A stretch of DNA of 64,000 bases, from assembly GCA_036172245.1 (NCBI GenBank), contig JAYWIR010000005.1:496001-560000 (forward strand), given 5' to 3'. Shown in pieces: positions 1-24,469 of the stretch. Below the pieces are notes generated by a model. That model was not told the DNA's origin and did not search any database. It saw only the letters and a list, made by a program, of their open reading frames with translations. Position 1 is the stretch's first letter. Each line of letters begins with the position of its first letter. Origin of the DNA: Raillietiella orientalis. Taxonomy: Eukaryota. A program made the translations under genes and the position numbers.

Positions 1-143
1 TTTTACTATTTATTTTATTATTTCTTTGAAGAAAGTATAAATATTTATAGTACAATCAGATATTACTCCAAAGTTCTAGCAATTAGCATTCTATCTTGAA
101 TAGGGGAGGATTAACATTGGATCAAAAATTTCGTTTCGTGCAG

Positions 144-14484
<14,341 letters not shown>

Positions 14485-14752
14485 AAGGACGGGACCAGCC
14501 GGGTGAGGATGAGATGGAAAGCAGGCGTGGCGGTGGCGGCGGCGAACGACGGACTCTTCTGCAGGTGGCACGCGCGAGTCTCCCGTCGCTTCCTCGGCGG
14601 ACTCCCCGGCAGGTAGAAATGGAAAGGAGGGAGGGAAACTTGAGGGTAGAAAACCACCCGTCCAGCCCCCTTCGCCCTGTTCCGCTTGGACTGCTTTACC
14701 TTCCTTCTTCGTGTCAGTAAGAAAGTGGTATTGGTTTCGCTCTTCAAACACT

Positions 14753-14758
14753 AATAAA
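14753..14758 (+). promoter_or_regulatory. Probable polyadenylation signal of KAT2
   Basis: AATAAA ~270 nt after the KAT2 stop codon. Confidence 0.45.
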
Positions 14759-17192
14759 AGCGATCACTGCAGTGCCCATGTACGTTATCCCCCCCTCCCC
14801 CGCATCAGTGGCCCGCAGCCCTCAGACATCCACGTGCTTGGGGACCTGTCGCATTTTTGTGTTTTTTTTTGCAGGAAGTGTTCGCATCCAGAGACGCATT
14901 CCAGAGACGACCCGCGGTTCTTCGTAAACCATGGATACGCAATTTTTCTGCCGGACTTGTCTTTGTTCGTTCCGCCAGGTAACGTCTGATGAGTACCCAG
15001 TAGGGAAGCAGGGATGATACTGCTGCACATGCTCAAAACACGCACACAAATAACGAGCCTCCACGCGGAATGAGCTCTGGCGATCGTACCACCCCCAGTT
15101 GGCGTCTTCCCGAATCGTAAGGTCGTTTGGGGAAGCTCTGCCTACGTCGTGACCGAGGAAGTTCAGCCGGCCTCCCGGTCTGCCTCTCCCGGACCGCCTT
15201 GGGGCGCTCTTGGCAAACCCGCACGCGTCCTCGAGCCGGTGGCATCAGGCGTGTTTTCGGCGCCCCGCGTTCACATGGCGCGCCGGTGCCGCTTCCGTCA
15301 TGAGCTGGTGGTAGGGATCGGGAGATTAGCGCCGCCGCTGCTCCCGATCCTGGAAGAATCGAAACCGGGTAGCAACTGCGGATTTTATTTCGCCCAGGAG
15401 AAGGCGAAAAAGGTCGCGGCCCATCGCGGCGAAGCAGCTGCCCGAGCCCTCGCAGCGGGTGCGCACAATTCGGAAACGGAAGCACCAGGAAAGATCTCTG
15501 CAGTGGTCTCTTTCGTTCCACTTCGTAGCACTACATATGCACCTGTACATATGCGCCCATACATGTGCTTCATGCCGAGCGTACATACGCTTGTATACGT
15601 AAACATGACGCAGTATGATGCAGATCCGCAGAGATCGGCGAAAAACGACGGCAGCATTCCTCGCGTGGCTCCGTCGATCAGCCCCTTAACGCAAAGCGGC
15701 TGGGGGCAAATTTCGACGTTGTGGTGCAGCCTCGGCGCAGCAGCCGTCTTTTGAAAGGGAAACGAAAATTGAAACGCACGACTCAAGCAGGTGGGCTTCT
15801 GTCCTTCGCAGATTTTCGCGAATAAGAAGAAAAAAAAAAAAGAAGCAAGATGCATCTTTCGACAGGGAAAGCGATAGGGGTGACTTCCCTTGAGGAAACT
15901 TCAGCAACAGTCCAAGAGCCTTTTTCCTTCCGATTGCGTTCGGTTGCGTCTTGAGCAGCACTTGATTTTTCCTTCTTCGTTCCCAAGCAGAGTAATAATA
16001 ATGGATAGCGTATTAAGATACAGTCCACATCTTTTATACATACTTTCGCCATGTCTTCCACTCACCCATTTCTCCCCAACCCCGCATGCAGGGTGGTTGC
16101 AGTTTCCAAGGGAACCACGTGTACGGAGCAAAAGATCCTCTGGCTCTCATTGACATTTTAGGTGATTCCCACGTTGAGCGCGCTCGTGGTCCTTCGGTTT
16201 TCTTCTACTTCCTTCCTGCTACTTTTACTTATTTTTTCTTTCGTACTTTTTTTTTGTAACGGTTCTCAAGGACTCCTGAAGAATCGACGGTCGCCTCCTT
16301 AGAGAGAGCTCACTAAGCTGCTTTTTAACACCATCCACGCCAGCCGCGTGCAACTCTTCACGTTGAAGGACCACCCCATGAATCCAGGAAGGCACTGGAG
16401 GGGGGAATCTGTTCCTCGCACGCTTGGTGAGGAAACCCCGAAGGGAAGCACCTCTTCCTTATTCGCTCCGGGGAAGAGGACGTTCCTTGTTTGTTTTCCA
16501 GTGCAACCCCCGGAAAGGATCCCCTCCTGATTTCCTCCTCTCAAGAGAACCCCGAAGGAACGCTTCCCAATTTTCTTTGAATGAATTTCCCAATTTCCCG
16601 AAGGGAGGAGCGCGCTTCTTGCACTCTGTAGAGGCCATCTCCGAGGAAGGTTTCAACCAGCCCCAAGGTACGCGATCCAGAATCCCCCCCGAGTGGAGGG
16701 ACTGCTTCATTTTTTTGCAAACGGAGGGGAACCTCGAAGGGCTCCTCAATTCCTGGAAGGATCCCGAAGGGTCAGCTTTCAGTCCCGGCCAGCTAACGAG
16801 GGCATCTAGCTTCACGGTGGACCGCTCGATAATGGTCCACCTTCTTGGAATAGCGTTGCGGATGACCAAGGAGGCCGTCCGCAACGAACTTGCGAAATAT
16901 GGCACGGTCCACGCGCTGTGGACGAAGCCTTCTCCCTTCGTGGAACACGGCGAAATTCGGGGGAGGGAGGGGGGGCTCGCGGCAGCGCGAATCACCGTGC
17001 GCGAGGGCTGTGGGTTACTTCACAAGCTACAGGTTGCCGGGGAACCAGCAGACCTTTGGTACGTGGGGACACCCCAATATTGCGCACAGTGCACCACTTC
17101 AGACCACCTCAAAAATAGGTGCCCGCATGTGTAGTGCCAGCAGTGCCACGTCACGGAGTACACCAGCACGGTGTGTGTACGCAAAGCGTCGT

Positions 17193-17466
17193 CCCTGTCG
17201 CATCTGCTAGAAATGCGAAAGAGCGCGCGGCTAAAAAAGTAAAAAAATTGGCAGCGAAAGCCGCCGCACAAACTGCTACCCCTCGTTACCAGCTAATCGG
17301 TCATCCCATTGCTGCTAAGCATCTTGTTGGATTTAAGGTACCAGCTGATTGGACACAAGACAAGACTATAAAAGAAGTCCAAGTGATTAAAAAAAGTGCA
17401 CCCATGTTTCGAATTTGGAGAAAATTTTATTTTCAATTCAAAGGAGCTAGAGACATTCGATACTAG
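17193..17466 (+). pseudogene. Putative viral capsid C-terminal fragment
   Basis: Open frame ending ..MFRIWRKFYFQFKGARDIRY*, similar to the C-terminal Y-x-QF(K/R) strand of circovirus-like capsids. Its stop overlaps the rep stop (17463-17466), as expected for convergent ambisense genes. Confidence 0.6.
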
Positions 17467-18437
17467 CGTTCTGGAGAATACATAGTTGTTATTGTAAATT
17501 TGGTTATGTTTTTATTTCTTTCATTTATGAAGTGAACTATCCATCTGTCGGAACTCATCTTTTCGTAATTGGGGTCCATGTAGGCGAATATTATGACGTG
17601 TGGGCTTGGAAACATTTTAACATGTCCTTGATACTTAGTTGAGCAGAGAATTCCATTTTTGATTGTTTCTATAAGTCGATAATTAATCATTTCTTGAACA
17701 TCTTTTGTTAAGTCTATTATCACTATTTTCTGTCCTGTGTACATGAATGATGCATCTGCTTTTTTACAATTATTTAAGTAGAGTGCATCATATTTGAGAT
17801 AGATGTATTTAGCGATTGTAGTCTTGCCTGAGTTGCATTGGTAATCCGTGAACCAGTGGATGTCTCTGTCGTTTGGTTCCTGGTTGATGTCAAGTAAATT
17901 TTTCTGCCACTGCTGTAATGATTTTCCTTCGATTGGCTCAGAGTCAAAATATTTTGTAAAGTGTATGGTGTCGTTTATAAATTGGCGGTGTTTGTCGTAA
18001 ATTTCTGTTTTTTCCTTCCATATCCATTTTTCAATTTTGCCATTGTATATCCAATCTTGAATCTGGGAACACTTAGAATATTAGTCAATTTTGATTACCT
18101 GTTTGTATATATTGAGTTTAAGTTTTGTTTGTATTTGTCCATAAGTTCATGGCTCCTTGTCTTCTTTTGTGCAGTATTCGGAGGCTTGTTGAGGTCTTCC
18201 TCTGCTTGATTCGATGTGGGCTCTTCTAAATTCTGGTAGTTTTTTTAATTTTGGTATAGTTGTTTGTTCATGTAATTGGAAATAACCCTGTAGATGTTTT
18301 GTGCCTTGTATGCCTATTTCTTTAGCGATGATTGCGTAAGAACATTTATCTTCTAGCCACTTTTTAAGTATTTCTTCTTCACTGCTTGTATAGTTGTTCA
18401 CTGTTATACACCAGTTGTTGCTTACTGCGTATGGCAT
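17463..18437 (-). pseudogene. rep: CRESS-DNA virus Rep (HUH endonuclease + SF3 helicase) pseudogene, ~324 codons
   Basis: The two ORF-track pieces are in one frame (starts 693 nt apart), broken by TGA at 18147-18149 and TAA at 18081-18083. Motif I WCITVNN, motif II KHLQGY, motif III YCTKED; Walker A degenerate CNSGKT; Walker B IIIDL; KNG..STKY; motif C PHVIIFAY (N>Y); Arg finger SSDRW. Confidence 0.93.
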
Positions 18438-18470
18438 GTTGTTTTTAATGTGCGGTTTCGAATCCGTGTC

Positions 18471-18477
18471 TTATATA
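18471..18477 (-). promoter_or_regulatory. TATA box for viral rep
   Basis: TATATAA on the minus strand ~35 nt upstream of the rep ATG (18437). Confidence 0.5.
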
Positions 18478-18490
18478 GGTCTTACCTGGG

Positions 18491-18530
18491 TCAAGAGGCA
18501 TATTACACTTGGGTCATATTACACTCTTGA
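18491..18530 (+). promoter_or_regulatory. Putative rolling-circle origin stem-loop with duplicated nonanucleotide-like motif
   Basis: Stem TCAAGAG (18491-18497) / CTCTTGA (18524-18530) encloses GCATATTAC (18498-18506) and TCATATTAC (18514-18522; one mismatch from TAATATTAC). It lies between the rep and cap starts. Confidence 0.7.
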
Positions 18531-18587
18531 AGTTGTGTGGACGTGTTATCTTATCTCCGGTTTTTAATTTTGGAGGCAGAGGGGGTC

Positions 18588-18658
18588 ATGGTGTTGAGTA
18601 AGGGATCTGCTTTATATCGTAGGCGTCTGTTTGCCTATCGTAAATTAAGGAGGCGACG
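18588..18658 (+). pseudogene. Putative viral capsid N-terminal Arg-rich fragment
   Basis: ATG 18588 gives MVLSKGSALYRRRLFAYRKLRRRR, divergent from rep and just past the origin; Arg-rich arms are typical of CRESS capsids. Confidence 0.55.
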
Positions 18659-19424
18659 TGCTGCCGTATCGATCTCAGGCGAAAGTGCTGAAAAGGTCGA
18701 GGGGCACAGCCAGGAAGGATTGCAGGTAGTTAGGTATAAGAAAAGGCTGAAAGCAAAGAAAAAGCGATCGCGACACGCAGCGAAAATCCACCGCGTCACG
18801 AAAAAGCTCTGCCGCGTGACCGTTGACCGCATCCCAGCGATCGAACAGTGCGGCACACCTGACCTCGCTGCTGCCGAGTCACCCTCGGAGAAAACAAACG
18901 AGGAGGGGGGCGAGGCGACGCCGTCCGTCGGGAACGGCGTAACTCCAGAACGAGCGGTGGAAGAGGTCGTCGCCGCCCTCCCAGGCCCCGAAAAAGGACT
19001 TGAGGCATCTGGCCTCTAAAAAGGGGTCCGAGATCTCGGACTCCGACGTAGAAGCCGGAAAAGCATCTTTCACCACAGCAGCACCTCGTCGGAAGTCTGC
19101 ACGACAGTCCAAGGCTCGTCGGAGGCACTCCCCCGCTGAAGGGGAAGAGTTCGCCTCCGGCAGCGAGGGTGCGATGGGCACTCGGGACTTGCCGCCCGAG
19201 AACGTCCCACACCCTGCTACGGAGGAGATGGAGGGGGTGGAGGCCGTCCAGGTGCCCACCGGCCCCGAAAACCTGCCGCGCACTCAGGCGGCGGGGGCCG
19301 ACACGCCACTTTCTCTGCAGTAATGCCGGGAATCGCCTCGCCGTCGTCTGCGGATCGCCTGTTGGAACGTCAACAGGCTATGCAAAGACAGCAAGAGGCG
19401 GGACGTTTGTCATCCGGCTATGCT

Positions 19425-20870
19425 GGGCATTTATTGTTAAAAATTTTTTTACAAAAATTCCATAATAAAGTCGTCATTAGAGTTCGTTACGCGATAGAAC
19501 ACTTGGTTCTACTACGCTCAGGAGACTTGCCATAAACCGGTAAGAAGATCAGTGACTCCCTCTCCAATGGCCAAGGGGAAAAGGAAAACAACACAAAAAT
19601 AAACAAAAAGATTTGCAAAGGGGAGGAAAATGTTTTTTCGGGGAGGGGAGGGGATGGATGGATCACTGCTCGCCTGCATTGGTCCTCTGCATCCTGTTCA
19701 AGATGCTGACAAGTGCTGCTCTGTCATTATTCCGGTGGGGCTAAATTGACGCGGTCTCCAGAAAAAACGCCATCCAACTGATAGCATCCCTGCCCTTTTG
19801 CCTTCTTTTGGCGTTACACCTTGCCACGATTCCGCGAACAGGTTAGAGAACTGCTAGAGACGCGGCGGAGAGTAGGGCATCGCCCATGAAGAGCTGCCGG
19901 GAAATGCCTTTAGGGTCGGCTACTGGAATATTCAGGATCGACGAGAATCGATCCCAAAGTTCAAGGAGGGCGACACAGTCTGTGAGGAGATGCGGGAAGG
20001 TTTCCCTTTCTCCGCACGCTGCACAACGGGCATCGACACTCCTAGTGTCCAGTGAGAGAGGCGAGCTCCGCAGAGGATTCCCCAATGCAAGAATAACAAC
20101 GCTGTCTCTTGCCACTTCATCGGGAGGGTACCATTGTCCCAACATCCTGGGGTCCACTTCACCTCCTCCGGAGGGATTCCGAGCAGCTCGTGCCAGCGCA
20201 GAAGAGCTTCAGGCGGGACGCTCTGGGTCGCAGCGTCCGCTAGCTGCCGAGTTGTCCACTTCTTCAGCAGTTTTTTCCTGCCTCCGATGAGGCAGGACAC
20301 TTCCCACAATGCCTGCTCGTTGCTGTCCCTAGCGTTCCTGAGAAGGGGAAGCATTGGAGCAAGGAGAGTAAAAGAAGCCTAGCCCACAGCAGCCTGCGTG
20401 GCTTGTTGATCTGCAGGGGCTGTCGAGCGTACATTCCTTGTAGGAGGAAGTCGTATTCCTCCTCGCTCGAGCCGTTGATTTTTCCCCATGCGGAAACTGA
20501 CTCCTGAAGCCAGGTAGTGAGTGCATTTCGCGGGAGGCAAAGGATCCACGTATTCTGTTTCACCAGGGCAACCATCTGGCGCAGCTGATGGCCAGAATGG
20601 TTCAGAATGCCACGAGGATCGAAGACAATCCTTCGCAGCTAGTCACTCTGCTGGCGAGGAGGCGTGCTGCTTCGCACCATGGCAAAGAAAAAGAAGCCAG
20701 TTAGGATGTAAACAGCGCCAACTACAAACGGCACAGGCAAGCAGACAGAAGTGACTCCGCACCCAAGCGTGAGGACCACTTATGCAAGCTCTGAAAGCAC
20801 GGACCGTTGCGGCACTGCCATCGGGAGCAGGAAGAGGATCTGTATCTGCACGGAAGAAAGCGAAGAGCAA
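19425..20870 (-). mobile_element. L1/Tx1-like ORF2 3' fragment (zf-RVT) with 3'UTR
   Basis: RCAACGERETFPHLLTDCVALLELWDRF (C-x2-C..ET..HL...C) in frameshifted ORFs. The 3'UTR and AATAAATGCCC end are homologous to 31925-32220. Confidence 0.7.
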
Positions 20871-20954
20871 GCGATTCTAGCTCCTGCTGCTGAACATGGG
20901 TGCAGACGCTTGCCTTAGGGATCCTTGACGAATTGCTCTCGACCAGGAAGGCAA

Positions 20955-21110
20955 GGACTTGTCCGCGTTGTGGCTGCAGTCTCCGCGCCTACTACCTAGC
21001 ATCGCGGGTTCTAATCCCACCCGGGGAAGGGTAGACAACGTGAACGGGGATGCATCGTGGGTTTCGAGTCTCCCCCGCAGATGACGCTGGTTGGCGTATT
21101 CGGGTGCAGC
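20955..21110 (+). mobile_element. tRNA-derived (SINE-like) head
   Basis: B-box-like GCGGGTTCTAATCCC followed by CGTGGGTTTCGAGTC; homologous to 31340-31450 (+) and 25050-25184 (-). Confidence 0.5.
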
Positions 21111-21199
21111 AGTGGCTGACATGCGGTCACGCCGGGACGTTTATGTATGAACCCACATGTCTGTGGCAGTAGGTTTGGTCTTGCCACGTTACTTATGGA

Positions 21200-22150
21200 T
21201 ACGAAAAGGAACCTGCCGCGAACTGGCAAGCAAGACTGCGAGGTTCGCCTCGGCAGTGCAGGGGAAGGGGAGACAAACAAAAAGAAAAAAGTAAAACAGT
21301 AGAAAAAGGAAGGGGGGAGGGGTTCGAGAAGAGATCAGTGTCTGCTGAAGGGCGTCCTCTGCATCCTTGTAATGATGCCAGCAAGTTCCTGTTTCAAGAC
21401 TCCAAGATGGGACCATGTTTACGCTCTCCTCATGAAGAGGACAGCCAAAAAGATAGCGTCCCTGTCGTCCTGGCCTCCTCTGGCGCTGCTGCATTCAGCC
21501 ACGGCCCCGCCGCGTGGGCAGAAAAGTGTTCCTAGAGTCGCGGCCTTCCGGCATGAGGGCGTCACGAAAGAAGAGGCGTTTTAGGTCTCTGGTGTTGCCG
21601 CCGAAGGTTCCAAGGTCGCGGCAAAGTGTTCCCACAGGGGACGGAGGGCAACACACTCCATGAACAGGTGCGAGAGGGACTTTCTCTCGCCGTACCTGCC
21701 GCAGTTCGGGCTTATATTCCCCGGGTCCAGTGGTGTCGGAGGGTGTTGCACTGGAGACCCCAGTGCAGCGGCAGCGGGACAGCCGAATCCTGCTCCTTTA
21801 GGGAGAGGGTAGCACTGTTCCAACATGCTGGGGGCTATTGTATCTCCTCCAGAGGAATTTGCAGTAGTTGTACCCAGAGTAGTAGTTCTTTTAGTGGGAC
21901 ACTCGGGATCCCGGCGTCCTCCAGTTCCCGAGTTGTCCACGCACCCAGGTGTTTTTACCTACTCCCTATCATGTAGGTCACTGGGAGGGCGGCACTGGGG
22001 AGAAATGGGTAAGCGAGACCCACAGCAGATTTCTGGTGTTCCCCAGGATCTCCTTCAGCGGCTGGCAGGCGTATCCATCGGCTGTTTCGAAGGCAGGTGT
22101 ACTCTGCCTTGCCCGTGCTGGTGGCACTGACAGGCAGGTCTAGGCGACCA
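21200..22150 (-). mobile_element. L1/Tx1-like ORF2 3' fragment (zf-RVT) with 3'UTR
   Basis: NCGRYGERKSLSHLFMECVALRPLWEHF; the ORF-end motif GATCA..GTCCTCTGCATCC..GATGC..CAAGT is shared with 19661 and 32155. Confidence 0.65.
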
Positions 22151-22699
22151 TGCAGCCTCTGACGGTATGCTTTTCTGGCAGAGTCTCTTGCGGCTACAGC
22201 AATGGGGATGATAGCTCGCTGACGACATTGCTGCTCTTCCATACGCAGTTCAACACCGGGAAGAACACAAGAGAACGAACGGCAACCACAGGAAGAATGA
22301 ACCAACAACGGCAGAGAACCATGGACTGACACCTCACGAGAAGGAGAAGAGGAGTAAGATGAAGAAAAAGCCAGGAGCCTGTCGCACGAACGCGGCGGCC
22401 AGGAAGCGATGCTCCAGGTTACGAAAGGGCTGAAACGCAATCGCATGTGCGGGGCACCCTGGAAGTGCGTCAAAAAAAAAAAAAACTTCGTTCCTCTACG
22501 GATCGTTCTCTGCAACCCACCAGGAGATGTTCAGCAGAACTGGATGAAGTGGTCTCGTCTGACCGTCATACGTCTCGCCGCCGCACTGTCTCTGTCCTGA
22601 GGGCAAGCAATCGCAGCAGCCTACCGGCTGGCCACGAGTTCTCCTGCACCACTGCGGGAGTAGAGACACTCCCGGACGGCCGGGAAGACGAGCGATTCG

Positions 22700-22960
22700 A
22701 TGGATGGCGCCAGTCTTCGTTCCCAGGCCATGGGATCCCTTCGGCGGAGCGACCGGCATAGGGTGTCCCCCTTCAAAAACCCGTGGTTCCTCCCTCGTGC
22801 CCAGACGCTACGGCGCCGCCGTTACGGTGGAAACAGAATTTCCTGCTGCTTCTGCGCCGGGATCTCCTGCACAACCGGCTTAGGCAACACCTACCTGGTT
22901 TCCGGGGGAATCGCGTCCCTGAACTGTTCCTGGTGCGGTGCGATCGAATCGCTTCCGCAC
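22700..22960 (+). mobile_element. L1/Tx1-like ORF2 zf-RVT fragment, opposite orientation
   Basis: LGNTYLVSGGIASLNCSWCGAIESLPH. Confidence 0.5.
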
Positions 22961-23681
22961 ACTAGCAGGACACCTCCGAGGATCCCTGCGGCGACTCTTC
23001 GCGCGCGGCGAGTATCGTCGGCGGCTCCAGTGATTTGCAGAGAGATGTCGCGTTCGCGCCATCGTCACAACCCACCATGCACTGGAGTCCTGGGCGCAGA
23101 GAAGGAAGGCCACACGCATTGATGAGGACGGTTGCGAGACCTCCCCCCCCTTCGGGAAGCAGTCATCAAAAATGATCACTAGCATCCTGAGCGGGTTCCT
23201 TTAAGAAGGAAGCACTAACGGTTCTTTAGGGTCTTCCTTCCCTCCGTTCCTCCTCCCCGGTTCTTTCCTGAGATCCCTGTGGACCCTCCCCGTGCACCAC
23301 TCTTTGTCGTATCCAGGAACTGCACTCCCGAGCTGTCTATTCATTTATTTCTAAGAAGGATGCTCCGGGGTCACCAGACTGGAAGATGCCCGGCTCTTCC
23401 TTTCGTTCCGACATCGGTGCACACCTCCCTATGGACGCTCTTCTGTTCTGCTTCTCAGTTCATGTCAGAATTCTTCGCTCTGGCAGGTACGGTCGCCATT
23501 AAGTGTCCCTGGGGGAAGGGGAGGCTTAAAGATGGACACTACACACCCTTCTTTTTTTGACACAAACTGCACACCTCCGACTTCCTCTTCTTTGATTCTC
23601 TACCCTGCCTAGTTGCTTCGTCGGTGATCCAGACCGTAGGAAACCCAGCGTCGAGCTCGGATGTTTCACGTCTAACCGTAG

Positions 23682-23715
23682 GGCTTGTATAACGCGAAAC
23701 CGCGTTATACAAGCC
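23682..23715. repeat. Perfect 15-bp inverted repeat (hairpin)
   Basis: GGCTTGTATAACGCG-AAAC-CGCGTTATACAAGCC. Confidence 0.95.
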
Positions 23716-24469
23716 AACCTTCCACTTGCTTGTGTATAGGGGGAAGGGGAAAAGCTCCCATTTGCACACAGTTAGTGAGCTCCAATATGCACTGTAAACG
23801 ATAGCATACGTGTCCTGGTAGGTTGCTCTTCCCTACTCGTCTAGCAGAGAGTCCACGGACAGCTCCGCAGGTTCGGGTTTCGGCGCCGATGGCGCACAGA
23901 GGCTGCGCCCGCAGAGGCTGCGGTGAGGGCTTGCGGTCCGCGGAGGACTCTGAGGACTGTAGCGCTTCTGCCGACTGCTAGAAGGCGCCGGAGAATAGAA
24001 ACAGCGAGGGAGGAGGACGACGATGCTTCCGGCGACCGTCCCAGGCCGAGCGGACCGCCTCGAAATCGGCTCCCGATACGTTCACCTGCCTTCCTCCCTA
24101 CCGCCTCTTCGAGGAGACTGCTTCCGCGGCCACGTGACCTCCCCTGCACCTGCTGGACGAGGAAGTGGCGCTCTTTCTCTTGCCCACCGAGAGCACCCGT
24201 CGTGGACGAAGCAGCCCAGAACCACCTCGTCCGCGGTCCATTGCAGGAAGTAATAAAAAAAAAGAAAGAAACGAGGGCATTGGGTTCGTGTCCGCTGTAA
24301 CCCGTGGATCAGGACCTTGTTGTTTGCGGAGCTACAGCGGAGGATTCCGCAACTTCGAATCCGGAGATGAACAACGAAGCAGTCCCACAGAAGGAAGAAG
24401 AAGCAGAGACTCCGGTGAGTCAGCGAGGCAGGCTAAGGGAGGGGGATTCTCCTCCGCCTTGGCTATTGC

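Larger units (their letters stand above)
17193..18658. mobile_element. Endogenous CRESS-DNA virus element (ambisense genome, circularly permuted)
   Basis: AT-rich island in GC-rich flanks containing rep (-), an origin stem-loop, and split capsid-like pieces (+) at both ends. Boundaries are approximate. Confidence 0.85.
16200..19323 (+). mobile_element. L1/Tx1-like retrotransposon 5' module and ORF1 (RRM-like + CCHC zinc knuckles), disrupted by a viral insert
   Basis: ORF 16424-17134 has MVHLLGI..AVRNELAKYGTV..LWYVGTPQYCAQCTTSDHLKNRCP (C-x2-C-x4-H-x4-C). After an in-frame TAG comes a second, degenerate knuckle CQQCHVTEYTSTVC. The low-complexity ORF1 tail (AAVSISG..EGLQVVRYKKRLKAKKK..) resumes at ~18660 and runs, across a further stop, to ~19323. 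Confidence 0.7.

Noticed and set aside
14986..15030. CTGATGAG followed by a short stem, suggesting a hammerhead ribozyme
   Set aside because: No correctly placed GAAA after stem II and no convincing stems I/III.
17463..18437. Helitron or bacterial plasmid Rep instead of a viral Rep
   Set aside because: The small HUH domain is fused to an SF3 helicase rather than a PIF1/SF1 helicase, and it comes with a TATTAC stem-loop and capsid-like fragments.
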